Virus record (IMG/VR): IMGVR_UViG_3300037467_002544
Coordinates: 1-46,854 of that record
DNA from: a virus
Lineage: Duplodnaviria > Caudoviricetes
Reading direction: 5' to 3' (one strand)
DNA length: 46,854 nt
The notes beneath the pieces are model-generated. The model saw only the letters and a list, made by a program, of their open reading frames with translations, ran no database searches and was not told the origin of the DNA. The translations under genes were made by a program, and so were the position numbers. Numbering within the stretch: position 1 is the first letter of the stretch; the number at the start of each line of letters is the position of its first letter. Of this stretch, positions 1 to 9,523 are shown piece by piece.

Positions 1-165
1 GAGGAGCACACCGGCTTCGAGCGTGAGACGGCCCCGTCCGTGAAGTCGCTCCCCAAGCGCAAGAACACCCGTTCGTCGTTCACCGACGGCAACAAGTCTG
101 TTTCGAAGCAGGGCGACGGTTCGGCAGCGCTGAACAAGGACTTTGCTGGCAAGAAGCAGGGTTAA
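1..165 (+). CDS. 3' end of a gene entering the window (likely head/prohead core protein)
   Basis: Frame +1 is open from base 1 (EEHTGFERETAPSVKSLPKR...KKQG) to TAA at 163-165, with codon usage like the head genes; immediately upstream of the protease. Confidence 0.6.
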   Translation, partial: EEHTGFERETAPSVKSLPKRKNTRSSFTDGNKSVSKQGDGSAALNKDFAGKKQG

Positions 166-192
166 TCGGCAAGATCAGGTTGCAATACGAAC

Positions 193-816
193 ATGATCTT
201 GACTGAAAAGCTGTCGTACGATCAAGCCGGAATTGTCGTCGAAACAGCCGATCCAATCAAGGAGGGGGGACAACGCCCCCTCTTCATGAAGGGTATCTTC
301 ATTCAGGGCGGTATTCGCAACCTGAACGAGCGTGTCTATCCGGTTCCGGAGATCCGCGGCGCCGTTGATCACATCAACAACGTCCTCACAAAGGGTGAAA
401 GCGTTCTCGGCGAATGCGATCACCCTGAAGAACTCACGATCAATCTCGATCGCGTCAGCCACATGATTACGAACATGTGGATGGACGGGAACGCCGGATA
501 CGGAAAGCTTCAGATCCTTCCCACTCCTACCGGCAACATTATTCGAACCCTGATTGAGGCCGGCGTCAAGCTCGGCGTCTCGTCCCGCGGCTCCGGTAAC
601 GTCAATGAGCGCGGAGAAGTTTCAGATTTCGAGATGATTACGGTCGACGTCGTCGCCCGTCCTAGCGCCCCGAATGCTTATCCCAAGCCAGTATACGAGG
701 CGCGTAATTCCAAGCGTGGTCGCATTATCGAAGATCTTGCGTCCGCTGTTTCACACGATCCCAAAGCTCAGAAGCATTTCCATAAGGAACTCCTGAACTG
801 GATCCACAAGCTTTAA
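193..816 (+). CDS. Prohead core protein protease (T4 gp21-like)
   Basis: Motifs GIFIQ..RNLNERVYP, LGECDHP, INLDRVSH, LGVSSRGSG, TVDVVARPSAPNAY; protease-scaffold-capsid gene order. Confidence 0.95.
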   Translation: MILTEKLSYDQAGIVVETADPIKEGGQRPLFMKGIFIQGGIRNLNERVYPVPEIRGAVDHINNVLTKGESVLGECDHPEELTINLDRVSHMITNMWMDGNAGYGKLQILPTPTGNIIRTLIEAGVKLGVSSRGSGNVNERGEVSDFEMITVDVVARPSAPNAYPKPVYEARNSKRGRIIEDLASAVSHDPKAQKHFHKELLNWIHKL

Positions 817-836
817 TCACCAGAGGAGTTGATCTG

Positions 837-2084
837 ATGGACAACATTTTTTCTAACATTCTGGGCGAAGGAGCACTTCCTGAGGAAATGCTCACGTCGC
901 TTCAGGAAGCATTTGACAAGAAGGTCGCGGAAGCCCGTGAGGAGGCCGAAATGGCCATCCGTGACGAGTTCGCGGCCCGCTACGAGCACGACAAGGCCAA
1001 CCTCGTCGAGGCCATGGAGCGCATGCTCACCGATGTCATCACCAAGACGGAGACCGCCAAGGCTGATGAACTCGCCAAGCTGCACGAGGCCCGTCTGAAG
1101 CTGGAGTCGGCCATCACCGAGTCCAAGGCTCTCTACAAGAAGAAGATCCGCGAGCATCTCGATCTCTCGCAGTCGTTCGTCACCAAGCAGCTTGCCAAGA
1201 ACATCAAGTCGCTCACCGAGTCGAAGAAGAAGTTCAACACTCGGAAGCGTCAGCTTGGTGAGTCCTTCGAGGCTGTCAAGACCGAGCTTCTGCACGATCA
1301 GGCCGCCCGCATCAAGAAGATCGACGAATTCGTGGTCCGTCAGGTCAAGCGCGAACTCGAAGACTTCGAGGTCGACCGTCGCGCTCTGAACGAGCAGCGC
1401 CTCAAGCTCGTCACCGAGTCCAAGGCCAAGCTCAAGGAGACCCAGACCCGCTTCGTTCGCGAGTCCGCCCGCAAGGTCGAGGCCCGCATCAACGAGTCGC
1501 TGAAGCGCGAGATGGTTCAGCTTCACGAGGATCTGGAGCGCAACCGTCAGAACTCCTTCGGCCGCCGCATCTTCGAGGCCGTCGCTGCCGAGTTCATGAC
1601 CTCGTACCTCGCTGAGGGAACCGAGATCCGCAAGCTCCAGCACGTTCTGGAGAGCACCAACCAGGAACTGGCTGCCGCTAAGACGAAGCTCTCTGAGCAC
1701 GTCGCCGCTGCCGAGGCTGCTGACCGCAAGGTGAAGCTGGCCGAGCAGAAGGCTGCCCGCACCGCCATCATGACCGAACTGCTCTCGAACCTCCGGGGCG
1801 AGAAGAAGCAGGTCATGGAGAGCATGCTGGAGACGGTCAAGACCGACCACCTCCGCGCCGCGTTCGACCGGCTCCTGCCTGTCGTCCTCTCTGAGGGCAA
1901 GCGTTCGGCCCCGGCCGAGAAGCGCCCTGTCCTGAGCGAGAAGCCCGCTCCGACCCGTCGTCTCGTCTCGGTAACCGGTGACAAGAACCCCTCTCCTCTG
2001 CGTGAGGGCGTCGAAATCGCCGAGGATCGCGAAAACGGCACAGAAATCGGGGCTATTGTACGCCTTGCCGGTATTCGTAAGTAA
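837..2084 (+). CDS. Prohead core scaffold protein (T4 gp22-like)
   Basis: Long charged coiled-coil protein between protease and MCP; FGRRIFEA motif; many L-x-E putative protease sites. Confidence 0.85.
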   Translation: MDNIFSNILGEGALPEEMLTSLQEAFDKKVAEAREEAEMAIRDEFAARYEHDKANLVEAMERMLTDVITKTETAKADELAKLHEARLKLESAITESKALYKKKIREHLDLSQSFVTKQLAKNIKSLTESKKKFNTRKRQLGESFEAVKTELLHDQAARIKKIDEFVVRQVKRELEDFEVDRRALNEQRLKLVTESKAKLKETQTRFVRESARKVEARINESLKREMVQLHEDLERNRQNSFGRRIFEAVAAEFMTSYLAEGTEIRKLQHVLESTNQELAAAKTKLSEHVAAAEAADRKVKLAEQKAARTAIMTELLSNLRGEKKQVMESMLETVKTDHLRAAFDRLLPVVLSEGKRSAPAEKRPVLSEKPAPTRRLVSVTGDKNPSPLREGVEIAEDRENGTEIGAIVRLAGIRK

Positions 2085-2158
2085 ATAATATCGGAATTCA
2101 ATTCTTTCATTCTTTGTCTTTGATCATTTCAAGACAATCGTTTTAGGAGCCATTTTTA

Positions 2159-3367
2159 ATGAGCAAGCTTTTTGAGTCCCAGTGGAAGGCCACGAAGTCT
2201 GCCCTTCTCGAAGGTCGTGACCTTACCCACAACATGGATGGTACCCTCAACTCCACCAAGAAGAAGATGATGGAGACCATTCTCGACAACACCCGTCGTC
2301 ACCTGATGGAGAATGCGACGGCTGGTGCGACAAATGCGTCGAACGTTGCCACTCTCAACAAGGTCATCCTGCCGGTTATCCGTCGTGTGATGCCGACCGT
2401 TATTGCGAACGAACTGATCGGTGTGCAGCCGATGACGGGTCCGGTCGCTCAGATCCACACCCTGCGTGTCCGTTACGCCGACACGGTTCCGACCGATGGT
2501 TCGGGCGTCACCGCCGGCTCCGAGGCTCTCTCACCGTTCGACATTGCTCGTTATTACAGCGGCAACCAGAACGTCACGACCCCGAAGGCCAACACCACTG
2601 CGGCTCTCGAAGGTCTGCCGGGCAAGCGCCTGTCGATCCAGATCCTCAAGGAAGTCGTTGAGGCGAAGAGCCGCAAGCTCTCGGCTCGCTGGACCATTGA
2701 GGCTGCTCAGGACGCCAATGCTCAGCAGGGCATCGACATCGAGGCAGAGATCATGGCCGCTCTCGCTCAGGAAATCACCGCCGAGATCGACCAGGAAATT
2801 CTTGTTTCGCTCCGCGCTCTTCCTGGCGCTCCGACCGCTGTATTCAAGCAGGACACCGTGACCGGCACCCCCACCTTTATTGGTGACGTTCATGCCGCGC
2901 TCGCTATCCTTATCAACCGTCAGGCTAACCTGATCGCTTCCCGTACCCGCCGCGGTGCTGGTAACTGGGTCGTCGTTTCCCCGACCGCTCTGACGATCCT
3001 CCAGTCTGCGACGACCTCCGCGTTCGCCCGCACCACCGAGGGCGTGTTCGAGGCCCCGACCAACACCAAGTACGTTGGTACCCTCAACAACTCGCTCCGC
3101 GTTTATGTTGATCAGTACGCTCAGGACAGCACCCCTGTTCTCATCGGCTACAAGGGCAACGAGATGGACGCCCCGGCGTTCTACTGCCCGTACATCCCGC
3201 TGACCTCGACCGGCGTGCTCATCGACCCGAACACCATGGAGCCGGTCGTGTCGTTCATGTCCCGTTACGGCTATGTTGAGCTTACGAACACTGCTTCGTC
3301 GCTTGGTAACGCAGCAGATTACCTCGGGCTGGTCGGAATCGACACCTCATCTTTGTCGTTCATTTAA
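2159..3367 (+). CDS. Major capsid protein (T4 gp23-like)
   Basis: Motifs LPVIRRVMPTVIANELIGVQPMTGP, SRKLSARWT.EAAQD, EITAEIDQEI, TRRGAGN, FYCPYIPL, SRYG; AGGAG SD upstream. Confidence 0.97.
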   Translation: MSKLFESQWKATKSALLEGRDLTHNMDGTLNSTKKKMMETILDNTRRHLMENATAGATNASNVATLNKVILPVIRRVMPTVIANELIGVQPMTGPVAQIHTLRVRYADTVPTDGSGVTAGSEALSPFDIARYYSGNQNVTTPKANTTAALEGLPGKRLSIQILKEVVEAKSRKLSARWTIEAAQDANAQQGIDIEAEIMAALAQEITAEIDQEILVSLRALPGAPTAVFKQDTVTGTPTFIGDVHAALAILINRQANLIASRTRRGAGNWVVVSPTALTILQSATTSAFARTTEGVFEAPTNTKYVGTLNNSLRVYVDQYAQDSTPVLIGYKGNEMDAPAFYCPYIPLTSTGVLIDPNTMEPVVSFMSRYGYVELTNTASSLGNAADYLGLVGIDTSSLSFI

Positions 3368-3394
3368 TCAGTTATTTCAAACGCTTAGCGGATT

Positions 3395-3423
3395 GGGCGG
3401 CCATAAGGCCGCCCTTTTCGTTT
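3395..3423 (+). terminator. Rho-independent terminator after MCP
   Basis: GGGCGGCC-ATAA-GGCCGCCC followed by TTTTCGTTT. Confidence 0.85.
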
Positions 3424-3499
3424 GGGGTGTCTCCATGAGTCGATGCGGTATTGGCAGTTTCAAATTGACTTCCCCGTTCATGGCCCTCATAGTGAGGGT

Positions 3500-5362
3500 A
3501 TGAAGAACGATCTCGTTGCACTTATCGAAAAGGTCGGGCTCAAGCACTACGCCCGCAGTCTCACGAAGCGGGCGGATTTGCACGCTTGGGTTATGGAGCA
3601 GACCAAGCACCTCACGCCCGATCCGACGCTGCCCGAGCGGGTCTACTACATTCTGAACGGCGATCATCGTATTTGCCAATACGGGAACCCGAAGATCTTC
3701 AACACCCTCGATAAGGGGTATCGCTTCTGTTCGGCATCCTGTCGCTGCCGCCGCGAGGAGCAGGCCCGCAAGATGCTCAACCACCATGCAGAACTTCCTC
3801 CCGAGGAGCGCGAGCGGCGTGTGGAGAAGCAGCGCGAGACGCTGAAGGAAATCCATGGTGTCGAGAACCCCATGGATCTCCCTGGAGTGAAGGAAAAGAT
3901 CAAGACGACAAACCGCAAGCGCTATGGTGGCGACCACCACATGGTCTCGGAGGAGGTGCGCACGAAGATCCGGAACACGAACCTGGAGCGTCGTGGCGTG
4001 GCGCACCCGGCCCAGGATCCCGAGGTGATGGCGAAGGTGCGTGCAACCAATCTCGAACGGTATGGCACTACCCATACGATGGATCGGGCCAGGGAGGCGT
4101 TTGCAACGGCCCATGGCGGCCTCAATCCGTTCCAGGTACCCGAGATCGAGGCGAAGCGCGCAGCAACCATGTTGGCCCGCTATGGCGTTTCTCGCGCTCT
4201 CTGCAATCCAGAGATCATGGCGCGGATGACCGCCTCGTTCCAGGCGAAGCACGACGCCACGAACCCGATGAAGATCCCGGAGGTGCGTGAAAAGCTTCGC
4301 CGGAACTATCAGGAGAAATTTGGTGTCAATAGTGCCTCGCAGAGGCACATTCCACCAGCCATCCTCGCGATCCTGGCTGACCGCGAGCAGTTCGATGCAG
4401 CACGGGAAGGGAAAAGTCTCCGAGAGACGTCGATCCACCTGGGGGTGAGCTACACGACCATTCAGCGCGCCTACGAGCGGTTCGGTATCCCGATCCCCCG
4501 CTCGTCCTATGAGGATGAGTTACTGGGATGGCTTCAGAACAAAGGCTTCGCCGTCAAGAGCGCCGACCGCATGGCGATCAAGCCGTTCGAGCTTGATCTC
4601 CTCATTGAAGAGAAGAAAGTGGCGATCGAGTTTTGCGGTCTGTACTGGCATGGTGAAACGTTCAAGATGGATCCGCTGTACCACCTCAACAAGGTAGAGG
4701 AAGCGGAGAACGCAGGCTATCGACTGGTAACGATCTTCGAAGACGAATTGGTGGACCACCGTCACGTTGTGTATTCGAGGCTGGCTGCTATCCTTGGAAT
4801 TGGGGAACGCGGGATCGGTGCTCGATCATCGACCATCAAGCCGATCAAGTCGCAAGATGCATACGATTTCTTTGACAAGTATCATGTTCAGGGTGGTGTG
4901 TACGGAAGCCACCAGTATGGTGCGTTTGATGGCGACGAGATGATCGCCTGCATGAGCTTCTCAAAGCCTCGTGTGGCTCTGGGGCGCAAGGAAGGGTCGA
5001 TGGAACTCCTCCGGTACGCCACGGACGGCCGCATGCATCCTGGTATCGCCTCTCGCCTGTTCAAGGCATTCCTGCGAGACGTGGATCCTATCTCGGTCAT
5101 GTCGTATGCGGATCGACGCTGGTCCGATGGCGGCCTCTACCGGGCTCTCGGCTTCACAGAATTGCGGCCCACCGCCCCGAACTATTGGTACGTTCATCCG
5201 TCCCGGATCAAGCGGTATCACCGCTTCAATTTCCGCAAGGATGCTCTGATCCGTGAGTATCCGGAGATGGCCGACATGACAGAGCGCGCCATCATGACGG
5301 AATTGGGCTACTATCGCATATGGGATTGTGGTCATTTCCGGTTCGCTTGGAATAAGCCGTGA
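3500..5362 (+). CDS. Hef-like putative homing endonuclease (repeats + PD-(D/E)xK/Vsr-like nuclease + GNAT-like C-terminal domain)
   Basis: Repeated T-N-x-E-R-Y-G..P units; ELDLLI..KKVAIEFCGLYWH, LVTIFEDE; C-terminal ELLRYAT..GIASRLF..SYADRRWS.G.LY..LGF..IWDCG; start moved to ATG 3500 after GAGGG. Confidence 0.8.
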   Translation: MKNDLVALIEKVGLKHYARSLTKRADLHAWVMEQTKHLTPDPTLPERVYYILNGDHRICQYGNPKIFNTLDKGYRFCSASCRCRREEQARKMLNHHAELPPEERERRVEKQRETLKEIHGVENPMDLPGVKEKIKTTNRKRYGGDHHMVSEEVRTKIRNTNLERRGVAHPAQDPEVMAKVRATNLERYGTTHTMDRAREAFATAHGGLNPFQVPEIEAKRAATMLARYGVSRALCNPEIMARMTASFQAKHDATNPMKIPEVREKLRRNYQEKFGVNSASQRHIPPAILAILADREQFDAAREGKSLRETSIHLGVSYTTIQRAYERFGIPIPRSSYEDELLGWLQNKGFAVKSADRMAIKPFELDLLIEEKKVAIEFCGLYWHGETFKMDPLYHLNKVEEAENAGYRLVTIFEDELVDHRHVVYSRLAAILGIGERGIGARSSTIKPIKSQDAYDFFDKYHVQGGVYGSHQYGAFDGDEMIACMSFSKPRVALGRKEGSMELLRYATDGRMHPGIASRLFKAFLRDVDPISVMSYADRRWSDGGLYRALGFTELRPTAPNYWYVHPSRIKRYHRFNFRKDALIREYPEMADMTERAIMTELGYYRIWDCGHFRFAWNKP

Positions 5363-5374
5363 CTATATACAGGG

Positions 5375-5596
5375 ATGAGACCAACTGTTACGGGCTGGCT
5401 GATCTGCCGGCCGTCAGACACTGGGGGCTGGTGCTTCCTCGGTAGCGTTTGTGGGATGCTCGGCTTCACATCGAGCGAATGGGCGATCCGGTTCGATCGG
5501 CAAACCGATGCGGAGAACATGCTGATCGCACTCCGCGCGGTTCTTCCTGATCTGTTTGATGGAACCGAGGAGACCGTAGAATTGGCTTGGTACTGA
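5375..5596 (+). CDS. Hypothetical protein
   Basis: 73-aa ORF filling the gap on the coding strand. Confidence 0.5.
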   Translation: MRPTVTGWLICRPSDTGGWCFLGSVCGMLGFTSSEWAIRFDRQTDAENMLIALRAVLPDLFDGTEETVELAWY

Positions 5597-5635
5597 CCAT
5601 TAAGACCTAAATAGATGGAATATTTGGGTTTTCGT

Positions 5636-6159
5636 ATGTCAACCATCCGTCATTTCATCAATATCATCGAATCTGTTGAAACCGTTCTGCTGGAGGGGCG
5701 CGATGCCCCTCTGTACCATCAGATGCATTCGGAAAAGGCCAAGGAGGTCTTTACGGTTGATGCCTTGATGGCCCGAAAGGAGCCACAAACGTTGTGGGCC
5801 TATGATGGCGGGCAGGATCCGGCGCAAGCGCCCGGCGAAACGTCGGAACGGCCATACCAGAAGAGCGCATACTATGGTGGTCTTCAGGCTCTGTACGGGA
5901 ATTCATTCACGCGCAACCCTCGGCTCGATCTCACTCAGGGTGGCGGCTACGGTCGGAAGATTGTCAGCCTCTTCATCGGTATGTGACTTCGATCATAATC
6001 CTGTTTGGTAAGAATGAGATTACCGGCCATAAACTGAAGCAGGTCAAGAGCACAGGTGTTCTGGATTACATCAGGCGGTGGAATATTCCACTTCTGTGGA
6101 AAGACGGCAGCCCAGTAACGGCCGATGACTTCAAAGCGCGTAGTAAGAAGGCCGCCTGA
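5636..6159 (+). pseudogene. Frameshifted/internally deleted ART-like putative internal head protein
   Basis: Starts MSTIRHFINIIE..LLEGRDAPLYH..NSFTRNPRL. Near 5950 a different frame continues SEDCQPLHRYVTSIII...LDYIRRWNIPLLW..KKAA to TGA at 6157-6159. Confidence 0.5.
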
Positions 6160-6223
6160 TCATTTTGACAACCAAGCCTTTGCCGGATACGATCACAGAA
6201 ATTCATACGTGATTGTTTCATTC

Positions 6224-6367
6224 ATGCTCAAGTCTGTTACTTCGATTTTCCTCTACACGGTGTTCATCCTGATGACCGTGTTCTCGATCGTGCTGGCGGT
6301 GGCCGGCGACTACATGGGCTCGATGTTCTGGGCATCGTGTCTGCTGCTGCTTGCAATCCATTCCTGA
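6224..6367 (+). CDS. Small membrane protein
   Basis: Two hydrophobic stretches; TTGACA-N17-TACGAT promoter upstream near 6165. Confidence 0.5.
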   Translation: MLKSVTSIFLYTVFILMTVFSIVLAVAGDYMGSMFWASCLLLLAIHS

Positions 6368-6402
6368 TCCCTTTGCTAAGACGTTCGCATCCTAAATAAC
6401 GG

Positions 6403-6900
6403 ATGTTGATGCGAGACCTCATTACGCTTTGCGAGCAGGCAACGTCGGATCTTTGGTATCACGGGACTTCGGAAGCATTCGATGATTTCGATTTGGATCA
6501 ATCCATTCGCCAGGGTGTTTGGTTCTCATCGTCTTCAGTAGAAGCACGTGCCTTTGCCTGTGACAAAGCACGCGTGCCGCTTCACAATCCACGGAACGTT
6601 CCTCTCCAAATGATTGTGGCGCGCTTGAACGGCCGCATTAAGACGCTCGATCTCCTTGCAATGGCACAGGAGATCGCCGATCAGATTGGTGTGCCTGCTC
6701 CGAATGATTGGGACGAGGCCAAAGACATCATTATGTATGGTGACACACAGGGCGATATGATCGACGAGGCGAAGGCCGAAGGCTTCGACGCCGTTCGGTT
6801 CACGGGTATCGCGGACAATGCGCTCGGGATCGAGGCCGACCAAGTCGCGGTCATGAACCCGGCGATCATCCAGGTCGTGGACCGCAAGACTGTCACCTAG
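6403..6900 (+). CDS. ADP-ribosyltransferase-like (ART-PolyVal-type) putative internal virion protein
   Basis: WYHGT..FDDFD, GVWFSSS, AKAEGFDAVRF, QVAVMNP.IIQ; leader MRDLITLCE; TAAATA 4 nt upstream of ATG. Confidence 0.7.
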   Translation: MLMRDLITLCEQATSDLWYHGTSEAFDDFDLDQSIRQGVWFSSSSVEARAFACDKARVPLHNPRNVPLQMIVARLNGRIKTLDLLAMAQEIADQIGVPAPNDWDEAKDIIMYGDTQGDMIDEAKAEGFDAVRFTGIADNALGIEADQVAVMNPAIIQVVDRKTVT

Positions 6901-7199
6901 CTTTGAACGGCCACCAGGAGCCCGTAGACACTCGTTCGCCGGCACCAGCCATTCACGTGGCCGTGGTTGTTCGAGATCTGGATCTCCTCGCCACGGACGG
7001 CTGAGACCAGATGCAGGTACTGCTGGCCACGCACCTTGCACAGAACGATATCGCCGGGCTCAAGCTCGTGAGCGCCAAGCGGCGCGACCGTGCAGAGATC
7101 GCCACTGCGGATCCTGGGGGTCATGCTGTGCCCACGTGGGCGGAAAGAAATTGTCTCACCGGCCTGGAGCCGGGCAATATGACCAGTAGCCCATCCCAT
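6897..7199 (-). CDS. Peptidase S24/S26-like protein
   Basis: RPRGHSMTPRIRSGD, GDIVLCKV.G..YLHLV, ISNNHGHVNGW. Confidence 0.7.
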   Translation of the reverse strand: MGWATGHIARLQAGETISFRPRGHSMTPRIRSGDLCTVAPLGAHELEPGDIVLCKVRGQQYLHLVSAVRGEEIQISNNHGHVNGWCRRTSVYGLLVAVQS

Positions 7200-7215
7200 T
7201 GTTGAAACGTTCCTT

Positions 7216-7596
7216 ATGAAATTTCACTATCGCAATGCAGTCCCCGCTGTAGCACTCCATCCGGACGATCCGCTATTTGATTTTTTGGAGAACTGGCAGA
7301 AGCAACGCATGCTCGCGAAGCTCTCTGGAGAGCCGGATGTGACGATCTCCTGGGACGACGAGAACCTGAGAGCCATGATTACGCGCTATGAGATCGAGGC
7401 TCTGCGCTGTGTCAATCTTCTGCACAACTATTTTTGCCTCGACTCATCATCGTTGTACATGATGTTTGTCCCGAACACATGGGTACTTAGTGAGCGATAC
7501 GAAGATCTCGTAAGGATCCGAGAGGGTTGTCCGGCTGGGTACTACATCTGGGTGACACAGTACGGAATGCTTTATCAAACGACGGACGAGGTCTGA
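7216..7596 (+). CDS. Hypothetical protein (paralog A)
   Basis: Shares L.PDDP...FL..WQ..R..AKL.GE and EDL....CPAG...WV with the next ORF. Confidence 0.75.
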   Translation: MKFHYRNAVPAVALHPDDPLFDFLENWQKQRMLAKLSGEPDVTISWDDENLRAMITRYEIEALRCVNLLHNYFCLDSSSLYMMFVPNTWVLSERYEDLVRIREGCPAGYYIWVTQYGMLYQTTDEV

Positions 7597-7617
7597 TACT
7601 GCGGCGTAAATAGCCGT

Positions 7618-7995
7618 ATGGAGCTATTTGTCTATCGTGGCCTCGACGTTATCTCACTGTCCCCTGATGATCCTGTGATCGAGTTCCTGCGAACATGGCA
7701 GCATCGCCGAGTGATGGCGAAGCTCGCAGGCGAACGAGACGTTGTTCTCCAGCGCCATCATCTTATCGAGTACCCGGAGATCCACGTGGACGACATCCTG
7801 GCGCTCGAATGCGTGGAGATCCTCTCCTACGACTGGTTGCCCCTGGTCACCCACTATTTCGAGAAGGACTGCAACACGTGGCGGATCGAGCCGCGGGTCG
7901 AGGATCTGTTCGAGGCGTGCCGGACCTGCCCGGCCGGATCCTTCCTGTGGGTCGACCGGGGGACGATCAGCCTCCACGATCAGGCCCGACCGTGA
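7618..7995 (+). CDS. Hypothetical protein (paralog B)
   Basis: Tandem paralog of 7216-7596; TAAATA 5 nt upstream of ATG. Confidence 0.75.
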   Translation: MELFVYRGLDVISLSPDDPVIEFLRTWQHRRVMAKLAGERDVVLQRHHLIEYPEIHVDDILALECVEILSYDWLPLVTHYFEKDCNTWRIEPRVEDLFEACRTCPAGSFLWVDRGTISLHDQARP

Positions 7996-8012
7996 TGCCC
8001 AGAAGCCTATTT

Positions 8013-8414
8013 TTATCCCCCCTCTGCCGCTCGATCCTTCGTGGGATCCGTTGGCGGAAGGACATCATCGAGCGTGAGGATCGGCATGCCTGTGACGTCG
8101 ATCACACCTGGGTAGATCATCCCGACCCCATCGGCATCGCCGTCGAACTCCGGATCAGGGCGCAGGAGGTTGGGCCGCACACGAGTGTCGTCGACCACGA
8201 TTACCCGCAGGCGCGCTAACTCTTCGCGCGGCACGCTCGTGGGATCTCCAAACCGAAGGTAGCGTTCAAGCATGATCCAGATCGCGACCTCAGCGTGTGA
8301 GGCCAGATAGACGCCGTCCTCGATGCCCGGCCAGTTCTTCTCGTGACCGGCCCGCAGGCCGTGCCGGAGGATCGAGGGGAGACGGTCCGCGAAGGTAGCG
8401 TGGAAGAACGGCAT
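8013..8414 (-). CDS. ADP-ribosyltransferase-fold protein (Tpt1/KptA/DarT-like N-terminal motif)
   Basis: FFHAT...LPSIL.HGL followed by GVYLA, L.PDP. Confidence 0.6.
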   Translation of the reverse strand: MPFFHATFADRLPSILRHGLRAGHEKNWPGIEDGVYLASHAEVAIWIMLERYLRFGDPTSVPREELARLRVIVVDDTRVRPNLLRPDPEFDGDADGVGMIYPGVIDVTGMPILTLDDVLPPTDPTKDRAAEGG

Positions 8415-8667
8415 AGGAGCTTCATACAGGCCCGTGGAGGCCGTTTCTAGCCGTCGCGGCCCTGGTCCCGCGATCGCCTCCAGAACGGTTCTCCGCGGCC
8501 TCCTGTGGCATCCCGCCCGAACCGGTTCGCCGGAACGATCATCAATCGTTCGCCATCTTCAATTTATCATTTCTCGCGTTATGGTAATAAACACAGTCAT
8601 TACGAGGGGATGTTCTCTAAATAATCACGTGCGGCACACACAAAACCCAACTCTAAGGGAGGCCCAC

Positions 8668-9438
8668 GTGGCTCGAAACATTCAAAAGCGTGCTAAGCGC
8701 GCGAATAAGCCGAACCCCCGTCAAGATCGCAACTACGACCATAAGGTCATTCCATTCGACCGCGATGGCGATCAAGACACTTATAGCTCCCGTCCCAAAA
8801 AGAAAGTTCAACTTCTCCCCCGCAACCTTCACCAAGAAGAGTACGTCGACAATCTCCTCGATCCGTCCAAGTACGTCGTGTTCGCGATGGGTCCGGCGGG
8901 CTGCGGCAAGACGCTTCTCGCCACCCAGTATGCGATCCACGGCATGCAGACGGGTGAGTTCGAGAAGATCGTGATCACTCGCCCAGCCGTGAGCACTGAC
9001 GAGCAGCATGGATTTCTCCCGGGCTCAATTTTGGAGAAAATGCGACCCTGGTGCGCAGCGATTCTTGATGTGTTCAAGGAGCATTACTCGCCATATCAGG
9101 TCGAAAAATTCCTCCAAGAGGAGACCATCGAGATTGCTCCGCTGGCGTACATGCGCGGTCGGACATTTAAGAACGCAATTGTTCTCTTTGATGAGGCCCA
9201 GAACGCCACACCAAATCAGATGAAAATGGTTCTCACCCGCATTGGTGAGGGATCTCGCATCATCGTCACGGGCGACCTTCGTCAACACGACCGTGGTTAC
9301 GACCAAAACGGGCTGAAAGATTTTATCGAACGTCTTCGAGTTCGCGGGTCTGACAGCATCGCCGTTTGCGACTTCGAAGCCGGAGATGTCGAACGTCATC
9401 CGATTATCGAGGAGATCCTCTCGATCTACGGCGACTAA
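8668..9438 (+). CDS. phoH: PhoH-family ATPase
   Basis: GPAGCGKT, ITRPAV, GFLPG, PLAYMRGRTF, DEAQN, LTRIG..S..IVTGD..QHD, DVERHP; GTG start after GGAGG. Confidence 0.95.
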   Translation: MARNIQKRAKRANKPNPRQDRNYDHKVIPFDRDGDQDTYSSRPKKKVQLLPRNLHQEEYVDNLLDPSKYVVFAMGPAGCGKTLLATQYAIHGMQTGEFEKIVITRPAVSTDEQHGFLPGSILEKMRPWCAAILDVFKEHYSPYQVEKFLQEETIEIAPLAYMRGRTFKNAIVLFDEAQNATPNQMKMVLTRIGEGSRIIVTGDLRQHDRGYDQNGLKDFIERLRVRGSDSIAVCDFEAGDVERHPIIEEILSIYGD

Positions 9439-9472
9439 TCAAAACAGATAACCTCTCACCGCCGCACACAGT

Positions 9473-9500
9473 GAAAGACCTTCCTTCGGGGAGGTCTTTC
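9473..9500 (+). terminator. Terminator hairpin after phoH
   Basis: GAAAGACCTTCC-TTCG-GGGAGGTCTTTC. Confidence 0.75.
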
Positions 9501-9523
9501 TAATAGAATAGATAAATAGGTGC

